From NCBI RefSeq assembly GCF_963921235.1, contig NC_086107.1:111662001-111726000 (forward strand): a stretch of 64,000 bases of DNA. The letters are read 5' to 3'. The notes beneath the pieces were generated by a model. It saw only the letters and a program-made list of their open reading frames with translations, made no database searches and was not told the DNA's origin. Source of the stretch: Mobula hypostoma. Taxonomy: Eukaryota. Numbering within the stretch: position 1 is the first letter of the stretch; each line of letters begins with the position of its first letter. This document shows, piece after piece, positions 13,940 to 28,741 of the stretch. The translations under genes and the position numbers were made by a program.

Positions 13940-14465
13940 GTGAGTCTTTCGTTTACTTGTGTGAGGTTGTAATTCAATAAAGAATTATATTCCTTGTTGC
14001 TAGAAGTCTTGAATTAATGGTTTAGATCTTTCGCTAGTTATTGAAGGGCTTGGAAATTCTAACTTATGACTGTGTGTGTTTGTAAATGAGGTCCTCTGTA
14101 TTCAATTAGCTCAGTTGCTGAGCCCTATTGCAGCTTGTAATGGACATATACTACTGGTGTACAGGTTCTCTTGGAAATCCTGGTGGTCTTTGCAACATGG
14201 GTGTCTGATACCAAGTGGACCATTATTTTAAACCTGAAACAAACAACAGTAAGGAAAGGTAGCATCTCTATTTCTTGTGATTTGCTACTTGGCATAATGT
14301 GACCACCACCAGCATTCATTCACTGAAGAGCTGCAGTCTATAGTGACATCCAGGCTATTTGATACAGTTTGAATTGATATTCAAACTAGCTACAGTTTAT
14401 TAATGAAAGACTAGGATTACTATATTGTGATGAGCCTAACTGAAGCCCTTCTAATCTTTCCACAG

Positions 14466-14612
14466 TCCTTTTACTTTGATCGGGATGATATTAGCCTACA
14501 TCACTTCGCCACGTTCTTCAGGAAGCAGTCCCATGAGGAACAGCAGCATGCCGAGAAATGGATGGAATTTCAGAACCTGCGAGGAGGCCGGATAGAACTG
14601 GAGGACATCAAG
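14466..14612 (+). CDS. Ferritin A exon 2
   Basis: CAG acceptor; SFYFDRDD...QSHEEQQHAEKWMEFQNLRGGRIELEDIK; 147 nt; GT donor; E61, E62 and H65 present. Confidence 0.95.
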
Positions 14613-15115
14613 GTTTGGCGTGACAAATGCAGAGCAGTCTGAATGGTTCAAATAATTGTCAGCAATTAGTAATTCTAATTTCCATCCTCCCATTTCCCAC
14701 ACTGACCTTTTATTACCTCTCACCTGCCTTACTTCCCCTGCAGCCCCTCCTCCTTCCTTTTCTCCTCTGGTCTACTCTCCACTCCATCAGAATCTTTCTT
14801 CTCCAGCCCTTGACCTTGCCCACTCATCTGGCTTCATCTATCACCATCCAACCAGCCTCCTTCCCCTCCACCCACCTTTTTATTCTGGCATCTTCCCCCT
14901 TCCTTCTCAGTCCTGAAGAAGGATCTCAGTTGGAAACAGCTATTCATTTCCACAGATGCTGCCTGACAGCATTTTGTGTGCATCGCTTTTGATTCTAATT
15001 GATGCCTTGGTTTTGGCTGATACAGTATCTCTAATATTCTGCACTGATAGTGTTTGTGACTGTTCCACATATAAGTAAGCTACTCCAAATGAATTGTATA
15101 ACTTTCCCTTTTCAG

Positions 15116-15241
15116 AAGCCAGAGCAGGATGATTGGAGCAATGGTCTGGAGGCAATGCAGAGAGCTCTGCAGATGGAGAAGGACGTGAACCTGAGTCTCC
15201 TGGATCTGCACAAGCTCTCCAATCAGCATGGTGACCCTCAT
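15116..15241 (+). CDS. Ferritin A exon 3
   Basis: [42 protein letters not shown]; 126 nt; AG/GTAAGT. Confidence 0.95.
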
Positions 15242-15682
15242 GTAAGTTGCTATCCATCTATGAAGTTTGGCTAATATGATCAGGGCTTTGCTTTGCTTGG
15301 TCTTCAGCTCGAGCTTTGGCTTCTGTAACATCTAAATCCAAGAGGTAAATTTCTTTTTGAGAGAGCTGGGAACATGCTCCCAGGAGTGGTGGTAAAGGCA
15401 GACACATTCGAGGCATTCAAGAAACTCTTAGATAGGTACATGGATGATGGAGAATTCTAAGGAAGGGTTAGATTGATATTATAGTAGGTTAAAAGGCTGG
15501 CACAATATCATGGGCTGAAGGCCTGTACTGTAATGTTTATGTTCTACTGATTTGGTGAAGATCAGAGGCTGGCTGACAGGGTATTGAAACATGTCCCAGT
15601 AAAACTCTTGATGGGATAAGTGGAAATTCCCATCAATGTCATCTGCACCATTTCATGATGATCACATTCAAATATAGGGTGA

Positions 15683-15889
<207 letters not shown>

Positions 15890-15997
15890 AAGGACTTGAT
15901 GTTATTATCTGTTAAAGTTGTATAAACAAACTCTCTACTTATGTGAATCTTAACATGACTAACTATAAACGTATTGGAATGGTGTATCAACTGTGAA

Positions 15998-16003
15998 AAT
16001 AAA
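15998..16003 (+). terminator. Polyadenylation signal, ferritin A
   Basis: AATAAA about 110 nt after the stop codon. Confidence 0.7.
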
Positions 16004-17929
16004 CGTCAAAATACTTACTCTACCTCAGTGACTGCTTGTTTTCAAATTCAGTTCTGGTTTTCTGGGCTGAATAACAACTGGACTTTTACATTTTAAAACT
16101 AGGATAAATGCATTAATTTGCCAGTAGATTGACAATGGCAATAAATTCAATATTAGCTAGGTTGTGTGCACAATTAGTGCTATCCTGTTAGTGATTTTTT
16201 TAAAGGGATGATTTTCCTATGGATTTTAGTGCCTTGGATGAGGTAAATTTCAGAATCAGAATCAGGTTTAATATCACCGGCATATGCCATGAAATTTGTT
16301 AATATTGTGCCAGCAGTCCACTGCAATACATGATAAATATAGAAAAATACTGAATTATATTAAGTATTTATATGTATATTATATAGTTAAATTAAGACAG
16401 GTAGTACTAAAACAGAGACTGAAAAAACAGTAGGGAGGTAGTGTTCATGGGTTCAATGTCCATTTAGGAATCGGATGGCAGAGGGGAAGAAGCTGTTCCT
16501 GAATCGTTCAGTGTGTGTCTTCAGGCTTCTGTACCTCCTTCCTAAGCATGTAGGTTTTTTGAAAATAACATGACATGAGGCATTTTAAGTTTAATAAAAC
16601 TGTAACAATACATTTATTAAATTTATTAAACTCCAAAACCTGAACACAAAGCAGGTTTAAAGTCCTTTACGTAAATATCTCACCACATCAGACTGGCCTT
16701 TTAAAGTGAATCCCAACCCAGTATCAGTCGTCATGAATTCTGTACATTTCCACCAATTACATTACCCTACAATGGTAACAATGAGAAGAGGGCATATCCT
16801 AGGTGGTGGGAGTCCTTGATGATGGAAACCGCGTTTCTGAGGCATCGTTCCTTGAAGATGTCTTGGATACTAAGAAGGCTGGTACCCATGATGGAGCTGA
16901 GTAATTTTATAACTTTCAGCAGCTTACTTCGATCCTGTGCAGTAGAGCTACACCCGCCTCCCCTATACTCCATTCGGATCTGCATTTAAATATGCATTAA
17001 TTTTATTTGCTGCGATAACCTACTTGCAGCTGCAGGCTTTAACTTGGTGCTTAAAGCAGACAAGGTCATCGTGATACCCATTATCCATTTGTAGCGAGTG
17101 CACTTGTCAAGAAATGGTGCAGCATATATTGTTTGAATCCAGTTCCTATGAGGTGCAGAGGAAAGATCGAATTGCTAAAAAGCAAGTTAAGATATCACTG
17201 CCACCGGAATGTATATAAGCGTGTATTTGACTTTCTGAAAAGCATTATACTTTTTGATATTATTTGCTTTGGGGGATGAATTTAGTGGGTATACTTTCTG
17301 TCTCTTTGCTCCACACTCTAACTAAGTAGGTGGCAGTAAAGTTCCTTATGTTGGTCACCCAACTACCATTAAACTTTACAAGAAGAAGGTGGTATTCACC
17401 ATCAGTCCTCCATGCTTTTAAAGGAAATCAAGAAGACTTGAGCCTTGCTTGATCATCTACCTCCTACCTGCTTCCAGAAGGCAGATTCAGTTCAGTACTT
17501 CTGGAAAGGGTTGAAATTAAGTTAATTCAAAGTTCTAAGTAAAATTTAGTATCAGACTTGTCACCACACACATCCCTGAGATTCTTCTTCCTGCAGGCAT
17601 ACTCTACAAATCTAGAGAATCTAGAAATCTATAAAATTTATATAATAGTAACTTTAAACAGGATCAATGACAGATCAGGTAGAGCATAGAAGACAGCAAA
17701 CTGTGCAAAGGCAAATCTAAATAAATAAATAGCAATAAATAACAAAAACATTAAATAACAAGATAAAGAGTCCTTGAAGTGAGATCATTGATTGTGGAAA
17801 CATCTCAATAGATGAATATAATTATCCTCTTTTGTTCAACAGCCTGATGGTTGAGGGGTAGTAACTGTTCTTGAACCTGATGGTGCGAGTCCTGAGGCTC
17901 TTGTACCTTCTAGCAATGAGAAAAGAGCA

Positions 17930-18400
17930 CGCAAACACGAGGAAATCTGCAGATGCTGGAAATTCAAGCAACACACATCAAAGTTGCTGGTGAACGCAGC
18001 AGGCCAGGCAGCATCTCCAGGAAGAGGTACAGTCGACATTTCGGGCCCAGATCCTTCGTCAGGACTAACTGAAGGAAGAGCTAGTAAGAGATTTGAAAGT
18101 GGGAGGGGGAGGGGGAGATCTGAAATGATAGGAGAAGACAGGAGGGGGAGGGATGGAGCCAAGAGCTGGACAGGTGATTGGCAAAGGGGATACGAGAGGA
18201 TCATGGGACAGGAGGCCCAGGGAGAAAGAAAAGGGGGGGGAACCCAGAGGGTGGGCAAGGGGTATAGTCAGAGGGACAGAGGGAGAAAAAGGAGAGAGAG
18301 AGAAAGAATGTGTGTATATAAATAAATAACGGATGGGGTACGAGGGGGAGGTGGGGCATTAGCGGAAGTTAGAGAAGTCAATGTTCATGCCATCAGGTTG
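17930..18400 (-). mobile_element. PLE terminal fragment inserted in a Rex1 remnant
   Basis: Flanked by direct repeat GAAAAGAGCA (17920-17929 and 18401-18410); degenerate hammerhead core at 18031-18066. Confidence 0.75.
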
Positions 18401-21400
18401 GAAAAGAGCATGGCCTGGGTGGTGAGGATTTTTGTTGATAGATGCTGCTTTCCTTCAACAGCATTTTATGTAAATGTGCTTAATGGTTGGGAGGGTTTTA
18501 CTGGTAACATACTGGGCCGAATATTCTACTTTTTGTAGGGATTTCCGTTCAAAGGCATTGCTGTTTCCATTCTAGGTCATGATGCAACTGGTTAAATTCA
18601 CTGACCATCATAGAGCTTCCACCCGAGAAATGCCCCAAGAAATATAGTAAGGTAGTTCGGAATATGAAGTATTCAATTCCCATGAGAATGCACTCACGCT
18701 ACAGTAGCATGCATTCTGAAATACAGAGAAATAGATCCACCTAGCCCCCTTGCACCTGATCCCCAAATTCCGCCCTTCAGAAAAATAGAGCATTATCCCC
18801 AGAATCCTTTCCGTTCCTGGTTTAGCAGCCACATACCTTTTAAATGAGAAAATAATCAAAAGCTAATTTTAAAGAAAAGAGTCTCAATTTTGTATCATTG
18901 TAAAATGGTTGAACCTTATTTAAAACAGAAATATAATTCTAGATTCTTTCCCATAACAGGAAATAATTTCCATCCACCCTCCAGCATACTCAGTGTGTCT
19001 TAAATTATAAACTCTAACAGATACAGACTTACAACAGACATACAATGCTGGAAGAACTCAGCAGGCCAGGCAGCATCTATGGAAAAAAGTAAGTCTCCAG
19101 TCCTGATGAAAAGTCTTGGCCCAACTCATCAACTGTTTACTCTTTTCCATAGGTGCAGCCTAGCCTGCTGAGTTCCTCCAGTGTTTCGTGTGTGATGCTT
19201 TAAATTTCCAATACCTACAGAGTTTCTTGTGTTTGAGATACAGACATAACCTGTCCAACCTTTTGGTAAGATGAGTGCCTTATCTAGGCAATATGCTAGT
19301 AACCGTTTACAACCAAAAAAGAAGTGAAAGTCTCAGCTGCAAAGGATGCTCCTTGCTTACCTGAGTTTTGCTCAACTATCAGCCTTGTTTCAACAAGGAA
19401 AGATACCTGGTTCAGAGATCTTGTTTAAATAAAACAGTTAATCTGAAGTGTCCTTAGGCCCACAAAAGGCAAGTCTTATTGGACAGTTCTGCTGTCCAAC
19501 TCAGCAGCCATGTGAAGAATGATAAATTGAGCAAATCTACTTCTGATTTTCTGCTTTTTGGATCTCCTTTGGCCTTTACTGCTATAAGTAGCTAAGTTCA
19601 GTTGCTCATCATTCACAGTTTAGTTACAAACACTTCTCTTGGTGAGACAAAGACTGATTATGGTCAGTGCCCTCCACTCCAATTGAACAGAGTCAATTGT
19701 TCAAGAGTCAAAGAATCTTGTACAACAAAGAGTAACTCAGTCTCTCAATTCACTTTTGGTGTGGCATGGTAGCATAGCAGTAAAAGTAACCTGTCTGTAA
19801 GGAGTTAGTACATTCTGCCCATGATGCTGTGAGTTTCCTCCAGGTGCTCTGGGTTCCTCCCTCTTCCCAAAGATGTACGGGCTTGTAAGTTAATTAGTCA
19901 TAGTCATACTTTATTGATCCCGGGGAAAATTGGATTTCCATTACAGTTGCTCCATAAATAATAAATAGTAATAAAATCATAAATAGTTAAATAGTAATAT
20001 GTAAATTATGCCCGGAAATAAGTGCAGGACTAATTGGTCGCATGGGTGTAACTGGGCGGCTCACTCCAGTTGGGCAGGAGCGGTTGAATTGCTAAATAAA
20101 ATAAATAAATAAATCATAATGCCCTGTGCAACGGATTCAAAGTACATTTATTATCAAACTACGCATAAATTATACAACCTTGAGATCCACCTGCTTACAG
20201 GCAGCCACACAGCAAGAAACCCGAAAGAATCCAATTAAAAAAATGACCAACACCCAATACTCAGAGAGAGACAAAAAAAACACAAATCATACAAACAATA
20301 AAAGCAAGCAATAGCATTCCGAACCAAATTGAGTTTGTAGACCCCAGAGCCCAGAGCACCTGGAGTAGGCCCAAAGCCTCAGTCTATCACACATCGAGGC
20401 AAATCGTTGCAAAGCTCGCAGACACAAAGCACAGAGCAGCTGGAGCAGTCTCACGGCCTCAGTGCACTGAACTTTCCCTGTACCGGTAACAGTATATTCT
20501 GCATTCTTTTATTTTCTGATTGACGACATTGATGCACTTATGTATGGAGTGATATATCTGGATGGCATGCAGACTAAAGCTTTTCTCTGTGTTTCAGCAG
20601 ATGAAACAGTGGCCATTTCTGGTCTTAACCATGAGGTGAATGATGAAATAATGACAATTTCATGAATGAATAAAGCATGAATCTGGCATCATTTATTAAG
20701 ACCATAAGACATAGGAGCAGAATTAGGCCATTAGGCTCGTTGAGTCTGCTCTGTCATTACATAATGGCTGATTTATTATCCCTCTCAACCCCATTTCTTT
20801 CTCTCCATAACCTTTGACACCCTTACCAAATCAAGAACCTTCTAATCTCTGCTTTAAATATACCCAATGACAAAGCCTCCACACCATCTCTGGCAATGAA
20901 TCTCACAGATGCAGCATCCTCCAGCTAAATAAATCCCTCTTCATCTCTGATCTAAAGGGATGTCCTTGTATTCTGAACCTGTGCCCTCTAGACTTCCCCC
21001 ACTGTATGAATCATCCTCTCCAAGCCCACGTCCATGTATAATCCCGAGGGTTTATAGTGGGGCGTCTAGGACCAGAGTGCACAGAATAGAAGGACGTCCT
21101 TTTAGAAATAGATGATGAACACAGTTCAGTATGGAAGAGGCGGTTGGTAAATACATCTAGGGAAAATCAATTTCATAAAAAGCACATCAGGGCATAAATG
21201 GAAAATTGTTGCAAGGAGTAAGCCAAAGAATAAGGCAAAATGGTCTCCCTCTGCTCTGTGGATTTATATTGGGTCACATGGTTTGAGAACATCTGAGGTC
21301 CACTATTTCACTGAAATCCTAGTTGAACAGTTCAGTATATACTCACAATTCTGGATGTTATGATGGGAAACAGCATCTTCCCTCAGGCTGTGAGACTACT

Positions 21401-21539
21401 GAATTCCCTGCCACCATGTAGGTCTTGTCATGTGTGAAACACTATACTGTTTACCTTTTGACTTGTGTTGTAAATCCACCTCATTATTTGTTAATTTATT
21501 TGTGATAATGTTACCTTTGTGTTGTCATAAAGTTAAAGA

Positions 21540-22685
21540 GCCAGAGAAAACGACAGGAAAGAAACAGGCCCTTTGGCCCATCTAATTAATGTCAAGTCCC
21601 ATCGACCTGCCCCCAGACTATAGCCTCCCTCATACCCCTCCCATTTACCTACCCATCCAAACTTCCCTTAAAGGTTGGAATCAAAATTGCATCCACCACT
21701 TGCACTGGCAGCTCGTTCCACACTCTCACCACCCTTTGAAGAAGTTTCCCCTCATGTTCCCCTTAAACATTTCATCTTTCACCCTTGGCCTATGACTAGT
21801 TGTAGTCCCACCCATCCTCAGTGGAAAAAGCCTGCTTGCATTTATCCTATCTATAACCCTCAAAATTTTGTATACCTCTATCAAATCTCCTCTCCATCTT
21901 TTATGTTTGAGGGAAACAAGTTTTAAGCTATTCAGTCTTTTCTTGTAACTCAGATCCTTCAGATTCAGCAATGTCCTTGTAAATTTTCTCTGTATTCTTT
22001 CAATCTTATTTACGTCTTTCCTGTAGGTAGGTGGCCAAAACTGTCTACAATACTCCAAATTAGGCCTCACCAATGTCTTATAAAACTTCAACATAACATA
22101 CCAACTGCTGTACTCAGTACTTTGATCCATGAAGATCAATATGCCAAAAGTTTTTCTTATGACCCTATCTATCTGTGACGCCACTTTCAATGAATTATGG
22201 ACCTTTGTTCTCAGATCCCTTTGTTCTACCATAATCCTTGGTGCCCTACCACTCTCTGTGTGTGAGACCTACCCTGGTTGGTCCTCCCAAAGTCCCTCAC
22301 ACTCGTCTTCATTAAATTCCATCTGCCATTTTCAACCCATTTTTCCAGCTGGTCCAGATCCTGCTGCAAGCTTTGACAGTCTTCCTGGTTGGCATCATCC
22401 ACAAACTTGCTGATCCAGTTAACCACATTATCATCCAGATCATTGATAAAGATGACAAACAACAGACCCAGCATTGATCTCTGCAGCACTCTACTAGTCA
22501 CAAACCTCCAATCAGAGAGATAAACATCCACTACCACTCTCTGGATTATCCCGCAAAGCCAATATCTAATCCAAATTACCACCACATTTTGAACCTTCTT
22601 GAGCAACCTCCCATGTGGGACCTTGTCAAATGTCTTACTGAAATCCATGTAAACCACATCCACTGCCTTGCCTTCATCAACTCAA
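21540..22685 (-). mobile_element. CR1 LINE fragment
   Basis: DVVYMDFSKTFDKVPH, ISKFVDD, LVRPNLEYC. Confidence 0.85.
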
Positions 22686-25618
22686 CTTGTGTGTCAGTTC
22701 TTTATTTATTTTATTATTTATTTATTGAGTTACAGTGCAGAATAGGCCCTTCCAGTCCTTCAAGCTATGCTGCCCAGCAATCCCCTGATTTAATCAGACC
22801 CCAATCATGAGACAATTTACAATGACCAACCAACCTGCCAACCGGTACATCTTTGGACTTTGAGAGGAAACTCACACAGTCATGGGGAGACAAACTGCTT
22901 TTGGGCTGCGGCGGGAATTGAACCCGGGCCGCCCATTCTGTAATGTGTTGTGCCGTACTGTGTTATGTAGCTTGGTCTGCAGGAATATCCTTTCGTTTGG
23001 CAGTACCGTATACACGTGTATGGTTGAATGACAATAAACAAACTTGAACTTGAAATCAGACTGAATGTTAGTAGATAGCATTCACTGGAATAAATTATGA
23101 TGGAGTATGACTTCTCACTGTGTATGGCACTGTTGCTGCCCCCTGCAGCCAATGCTCAGTCACAAACCCTCTGCCCAGGATAGAATGGGAACCGTTTATA
23201 CCATCCACAGTCAAGTCTTCCCATCTCACTTTGTCATGACTGATTTGAACACTCATTAAAACCATTTGAATGCAAGTGAGCTATTCAAACATAGAGAGAG
23301 TTAAGTCTTATGGAAGATTATTTGAAATGCTTTGAGATTTTGGGTAACACCTGTATTATCCTTGAGAAACTAGGCTATACTTCTCTCCCCTGAAATTTAG
23401 CTAAGAGAGTATTGTCACAACTATGTGTGGAATAAGAATGTAATGCACTCTTGCTCTGGATATCAGCTTCTATGCACCACAGTGGATTTTCAACTAATAA
23501 CCGATTCAGGAGCACTGTGTGTTATAGAAAGACATGTGTTAAATAGCTGAGTTGTTGGGCTGTACTGCATCTCTAAATAAAATAAGAGATGAGAATTTGC
23601 CAGGTACTAACCAATTGAATTCCAGATTGCTCAACATCAGACCTTCATACATAAAATCAAAACATAAGGCAATGGCATTGAATATGTTTATTTATTTATT
23701 TAGAGATCTGCCACAGAACAGGCCCTTCTGGCCCATTGAACGGTACCACCCAGCATCACACCTACTTAACATTACCTTAATCATAGGACAATTGACATGA
23801 TCAATTAGCCTACTGACCAGTACATCTTTGGACTGTGGGAGGAAACCAGATACCTGGAGGAAACCCTCATGCTCCCACGAAGAACGTACAAACTTCTTAC
23901 AGAAGACACTGGAACTGAACTCTGAATTCCAACACCACAAGCCGTGAAAGTATTGCACTAACCGTTACACTACTTGCTTATTCAACTCCTTACAAAATAT
24001 TTCCTTTTAGGTAAGGAAGTGATGCGTGCTGTTATGTGAATTAAAATGTGAAAAGCATTTCCTCGCCTTTGTCTTTGCACCCGGAACCCACATCCCACTG
24101 TTCAACATCATGATTGAACACGTGCTTACTCACAAGAGGAAAATGTCGCATTCCACATTACCAGGTAAAGAACTCAGAATCTTGTTTTCTAATAAAGTGG
24201 CCCTTCACTCTTCTAGATCCCAATAGATACATGCTCAACCTGCCCAATACCTATGGGACTACTAGTTCTCTCCAGCTATCAGTCTGGTAATAAGCTTTCA
24301 AGCACATGATTATCCCTATCATGTGGAATTTTCAGTAGCAAAGTTCGCCATTCACATCTTGAGCTTTTCCGAACAATTTGCATGACTGCTTCCTGCAGGG
24401 CATGATACTGTTTGAAAAATTTGGGGAAAAACTTTACGGCCCTCAGAGGCACACAAATTCATGCAAGGTTCTGCTCTCCCAAGAGGACCTCCATTTTAAA
24501 TAGAACCTCCCATTTTAAATGCACAAAATCTAAACCACAAGAGGATTTTTTCCATCTTGTGAAGTTCTCAGAATGTTGTATTCAAACCAATTACTCATTA
24601 ACTCTTCTACATATCTGCTTAATGTCGTTTCTAGGCACCAAACTGACAGCAGGAATGTGAATTGGCTGCAAGCAATTCTAACTCTGAGATCTCAATTGTG
24701 AGTTATGGCTCAATATTTTCACCTCAGTGTCTCAATCTCTGCACCAATTAAATACAGAGTTTTAGACCAATACAGAGCCTGTCAACAAGTAATTCAGAAG
24801 TGAATGACTCAAGCCAGATGTGATGCTGGAACTGAGAAAAAACAACAATGCAAGTCCAAGAATCCAGAGGGCACTGGACAGTGCAATTTATTTTTAAGTT
24901 AAAAATGTTGTGACTCTCTATACGGCATTCTCTATAAAGAGGACTCCACTACTCTGTACAAGAGGCAACTGGTAACTTAAGGACAAAAAAAAAATTCAGG
25001 AAAGAAATTGGAAAATTGTTTCACAGAGCAAGCACAAGGATGAGGGCCAAATATCCTTCTTCTATTCTTTATGAATCTATATTGGGTCAGATAGATAGAC
25101 AATGCCAAATGTCCTCATTTCAAACAGGTTAAATTACCTTTTAGTCTCACTGAAATCTAACCAGATCTGTGTACAGTATCCTCAGAGTTCAGGCTGAATT
25201 TTACCAGACACCATTTCAATAGAATATAACCCAAACAAATTCAACTTCCCGCAATGCTTTCAACTGTTCCCTCTCCCTGGAGCCAATACTCAGACATATA
25301 CACTCTAGTGGGGAAGAATGAAACTGTCACACCACCCACACAGGTGTTTCTACCTTTCTCTGATAGGTAATTTAAATAAGGAATTGTTTGATTTGATTGC
25401 TTTGAATAGGGTATATACCACCAGTACAGCTTCTGACAGTTTACAACATTGGATATCTAAGAAAGACCATTGCAAATTCAATAATTTGAATATTCAACCT
25501 AAAATTGTAATGACTAGTGTCAGAAATCAAAAACAAATCACATTCTGGCTTCTTCCCCTTTATATTACTCCCCTCTTCCACTCTTGTTTGTGTTGCTCAG
25601 ATTCATGGACAATTCCCA

Positions 25619-25694
25619 GTTGGTTATTGGGAATGTCAATCATCGTTGTGAAGAAATCTTTTAATTACACTGCAGGCTGATCCAGCAGTATAAG
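25619..25694 (+). promoter_or_regulatory. Ferritin B promoter, paralogous to that of A
   Basis: ATTGG-GAATGTCAATCATC...TGCAGGCTGATCCAGCAGTATAAG; TATA at 25689-25694. Confidence 0.7.
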
Positions 25695-25780
25695 AACCAA
25701 AGAACTGAGTAAGTGATATAACTTTTTTTTTGTTTGGAGCTTCCTGAGTGGTTGTGAGGTGGATTCTTGTAGAGAAGAGG

Positions 25781-25882
25781 ATGGGTTCCCAAGTGTGTCA
25801 GAACTACCACATTGAATGTGAGGTTGCTGTCAACAACCAGATTAACATGGAACTCCATTCCTACTATGTTTATCGCTCTATG
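25781..25882 (+). CDS. Ferritin B (divergent, predicted ferroxidase-dead, 174 aa) exon 1
   Basis: [34 protein letters not shown], then GTGAGT. Confidence 0.9.
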
Positions 25883-26529
25883 GTGAGTCTTTCATTCCAT
25901 GTTTGAGGTTGTCCCTTGCTGAAATATTTGTATACTGTAGGATTCCATTAAGTAAATAGTCCTAACTTCACCTGTAGTCCATAAAGGGGAAAGTGAAACT
26001 TTTTGTAATTAAAGTTCTCTAATTGCCTGGTATTCAATAGATTCTCTGGAAACCAACTCCTCCAGTGGATGTGAAGCCTGGTGTTCAGATTGTCCTTAAA
26101 GGCATAGCTATAGTAGTTTGCATGATGCTATTATAGCTTGAGGTGTCTGAGTTTGAATTCAATCCTGGTGGCCTTTGTAAGAAGTCTTTGTATGTCCTCC
26201 CTGTGGAATATATAGGCTTTCTGAGTCCACTGGTTTCCTACCACAGTCTTAAAATCTGACTAGTTAGGTTAACTGGTCACTGTAAATTGTTGTGTGATTG
26301 GGGTAAAACTGAGGATGGTGTAGCTTGAAGGGAAGGGTCTATTCTGTGCTGTCTCTCTAAATAAATTGTTTAAAGAGCATTATTTCTTTCAGTTAAAAGG
26401 TATAAAACTTTGATAATGTTTCTTATGTCTACTAGGATCACTGTGTTTCCCCTGTCTGCTCATCAATCCCCCCTTCAAGCACTTATTCCTGTAACTATTT
26501 TACCTGCCCTACACAATCTCCTTCACCAT

Positions 26530-27185
26530 TGTTCAGGGCCCCAAACTGTCCTTCCAGATGAGACACTCCACATAGGACTCTATTAGGGTTGTTCACTGTA
26601 TTGGTGTTCCTGGTGTGGCCTCCTCTACATCAGTGAGATCAAAAGTAGAATGGGGAAAGTGCTTGATCAGGTACCTTTAACTCAATCTTTTGCAACAACC
26701 AATAGCTCCTGGTGACTAGCCACTTTAATTCCACTTCCCATTCCCACACTGTCTATCCACTGCCTCCTATGCTATCACATTGAGGCCAGAAGAAGATTGG
26801 AGGAGCAGGACTTCATTTTGTCTTGATGGTTTCCAACCTGCTGGCATTGACATTAATTTCTCTAACTTGTAAATGTTCCCCCTCTGATTTCTTCTCTCAC
26901 CCCCCTGCCCCTGTTTTCTCTAGTTCTGTCCCTTTCACCTTCCCTCTCCTTCTGGTTTCCCCACCTCCTTTTCTTTATTCCACAACTGTCCTCAAGGTTC
27001 CTTCTTTAATCCTTCCCTCTTCCACCTATCACCTCCAACTTCTCAAATCACTTGCTTTCTTCCACCCCCCCCCCCCAAAAACACGAGTTTTATATGCCTC
27101 CCCTGACCCCATGACTCTTTCCAATGTTGATGAAGGGACTTGGCTTGAAATGTTGACTGTCCACTTCCTTCTAAAAGTTTGACCT
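26530..27185 (+). mobile_element. Degenerate PLE (GIY-YIG end plus terminal region) in ferritin B intron 1
   Basis: CGLLYISEIKSRMG-like remnant, similar to 63838-64000. Confidence 0.6.
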
Positions 27186-27762
27186 GGGTGCTACTGAACC
27201 AATTGCAGTACATCATTTAAAATGACATTGGGGTTCAATTCCTCAATGTACTTCAGGGATAGTTTATATTCAATGCTGATACTAGTAACAGGAAAGTTCA
27301 GTTTGTATTAATCAGGAGTGCTGCATACACAAGGTCCTTGGTATTGTCAATGATCCTTTGCAGCAGTCCAATGATCTCTTTGACCCCTACCATCAGGCAG
27401 GAGGTACCATAACATTAGGACAAGGACTGCTAGGATGGGAAATGGCTTTCCTTTCCTCCCCCCTGTCTCCCACCCCCTAGGCAGTGAGATTGCTGAACTC
27501 ACCACACCATCCAGGTATTAATGTATGAAGGGCCAATAGCATTATACTGTTTGCTCTTTAAACTTGTGTCCTAAATGTACCTTGTTTATTTGGTAATTTG
27601 TGTGGCAATATTACCTTGTGTCAGTTGTATGTACTTTGTACACCTTGGTTTGCAGGAACATTGTTTTGCTTGCTGGTATACATGAATATGGTTGATGACA
27701 ATGGACTTGATCAGAGCAGTAAACTGAAATCCAAATAAAGGTATTCTAATCTCTCTCCACAG

Positions 27763-27909
27763 TCCTTGTACTTTGACCAGGATGATGTTGCCTTGCACCG
27801 CTTTGCTGACTTCTTCAGGAAGCAGTCCAATGAGAAATGGAAGCGTGCTAAGAAACTTCTAGCATTCCAGAACCTGCGTGGTGGCCAGATCTTGATGGAA
27901 GACATAAAG
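27763..27909 (+). CDS. Ferritin B exon 2
   Basis: SLYFDQDDVALHRFADFFRKQSNEKWKRAKKLLAFQNLRGGQILMEDIK; 147 nt; AG/GT intact. Confidence 0.9.
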
Positions 27910-28386
27910 GTTTGCCTTGACAAATTGAGTGGTGCCATAGTGTGGCTATTAGTGCAATGCTTTGCAGTGCTGGTTGTAAGATTGGGGTTCAATTCCTGCT
28001 ACTGTCTGTAGGGAGATTGTACAATCTCCCCATTACCGTGTGGGTTTCCTCCAAGTGCTTGGGATTTCGAAGGCTGAAAGAATTCTGGCTAATGAGTTGT
28101 GGACATGCTACATTGGTGCTGAAAGCATGGTAACACCTGTGGACTGCCTTGCTGATTTAATGCAAACAGCACATTTCACTGTCTTGATGCACATGGGACA
28201 AATAAAGCTGATCTCTAAATGCAAAGCAGTCAATCTGATTCCATCAAACTCTTTATCTAATCCTGTCTAAATGATACCCTTTTTGGCAACAGCTTCTATA
28301 CTCTTGTTGTATTGTCTTTGTAGTGGTTTGCTTATTTGTTTAACATGCCTAGTTCATTTCAATTGAAGTGTTGCATTTCTTGGCAG

Positions 28387-28512
28387 AAATCCGAGCAGAG
28401 TGATTGGGTTAATGGTCGTCATGCAATGCACAGAGCTCTACAGATGGAGAAGGATGTGAACCTGAGTTTACTGGATCTGTACAAACTTGCCACTCGGCAT
28501 GGTGACCCCCAA
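28387..28512 (+). CDS. Ferritin B exon 3
   Basis: [42 protein letters not shown]; 126 nt; AG/GTAAGT. Confidence 0.9.
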
Positions 28513-28741
28513 GTAAGTTGCGAGCCCTCTGATGTAAGGGGAAACTGGTGGGAGCTCCATTCAGAGATGTGGTTACTTAGGCTTGCTGTGTGTGTGTGTG
28601 TATAAGACTAGACACGGAAGCAACAATGGATAGGATTTGATAAGCAGTCCCTACAGCTTCAATTCCACCAATATGTAATGTTCCAATCCAAAGGGCTTCA
28701 AATCTAAGGAGGGGAAACCTCAGGGTGGTTATGTACATATT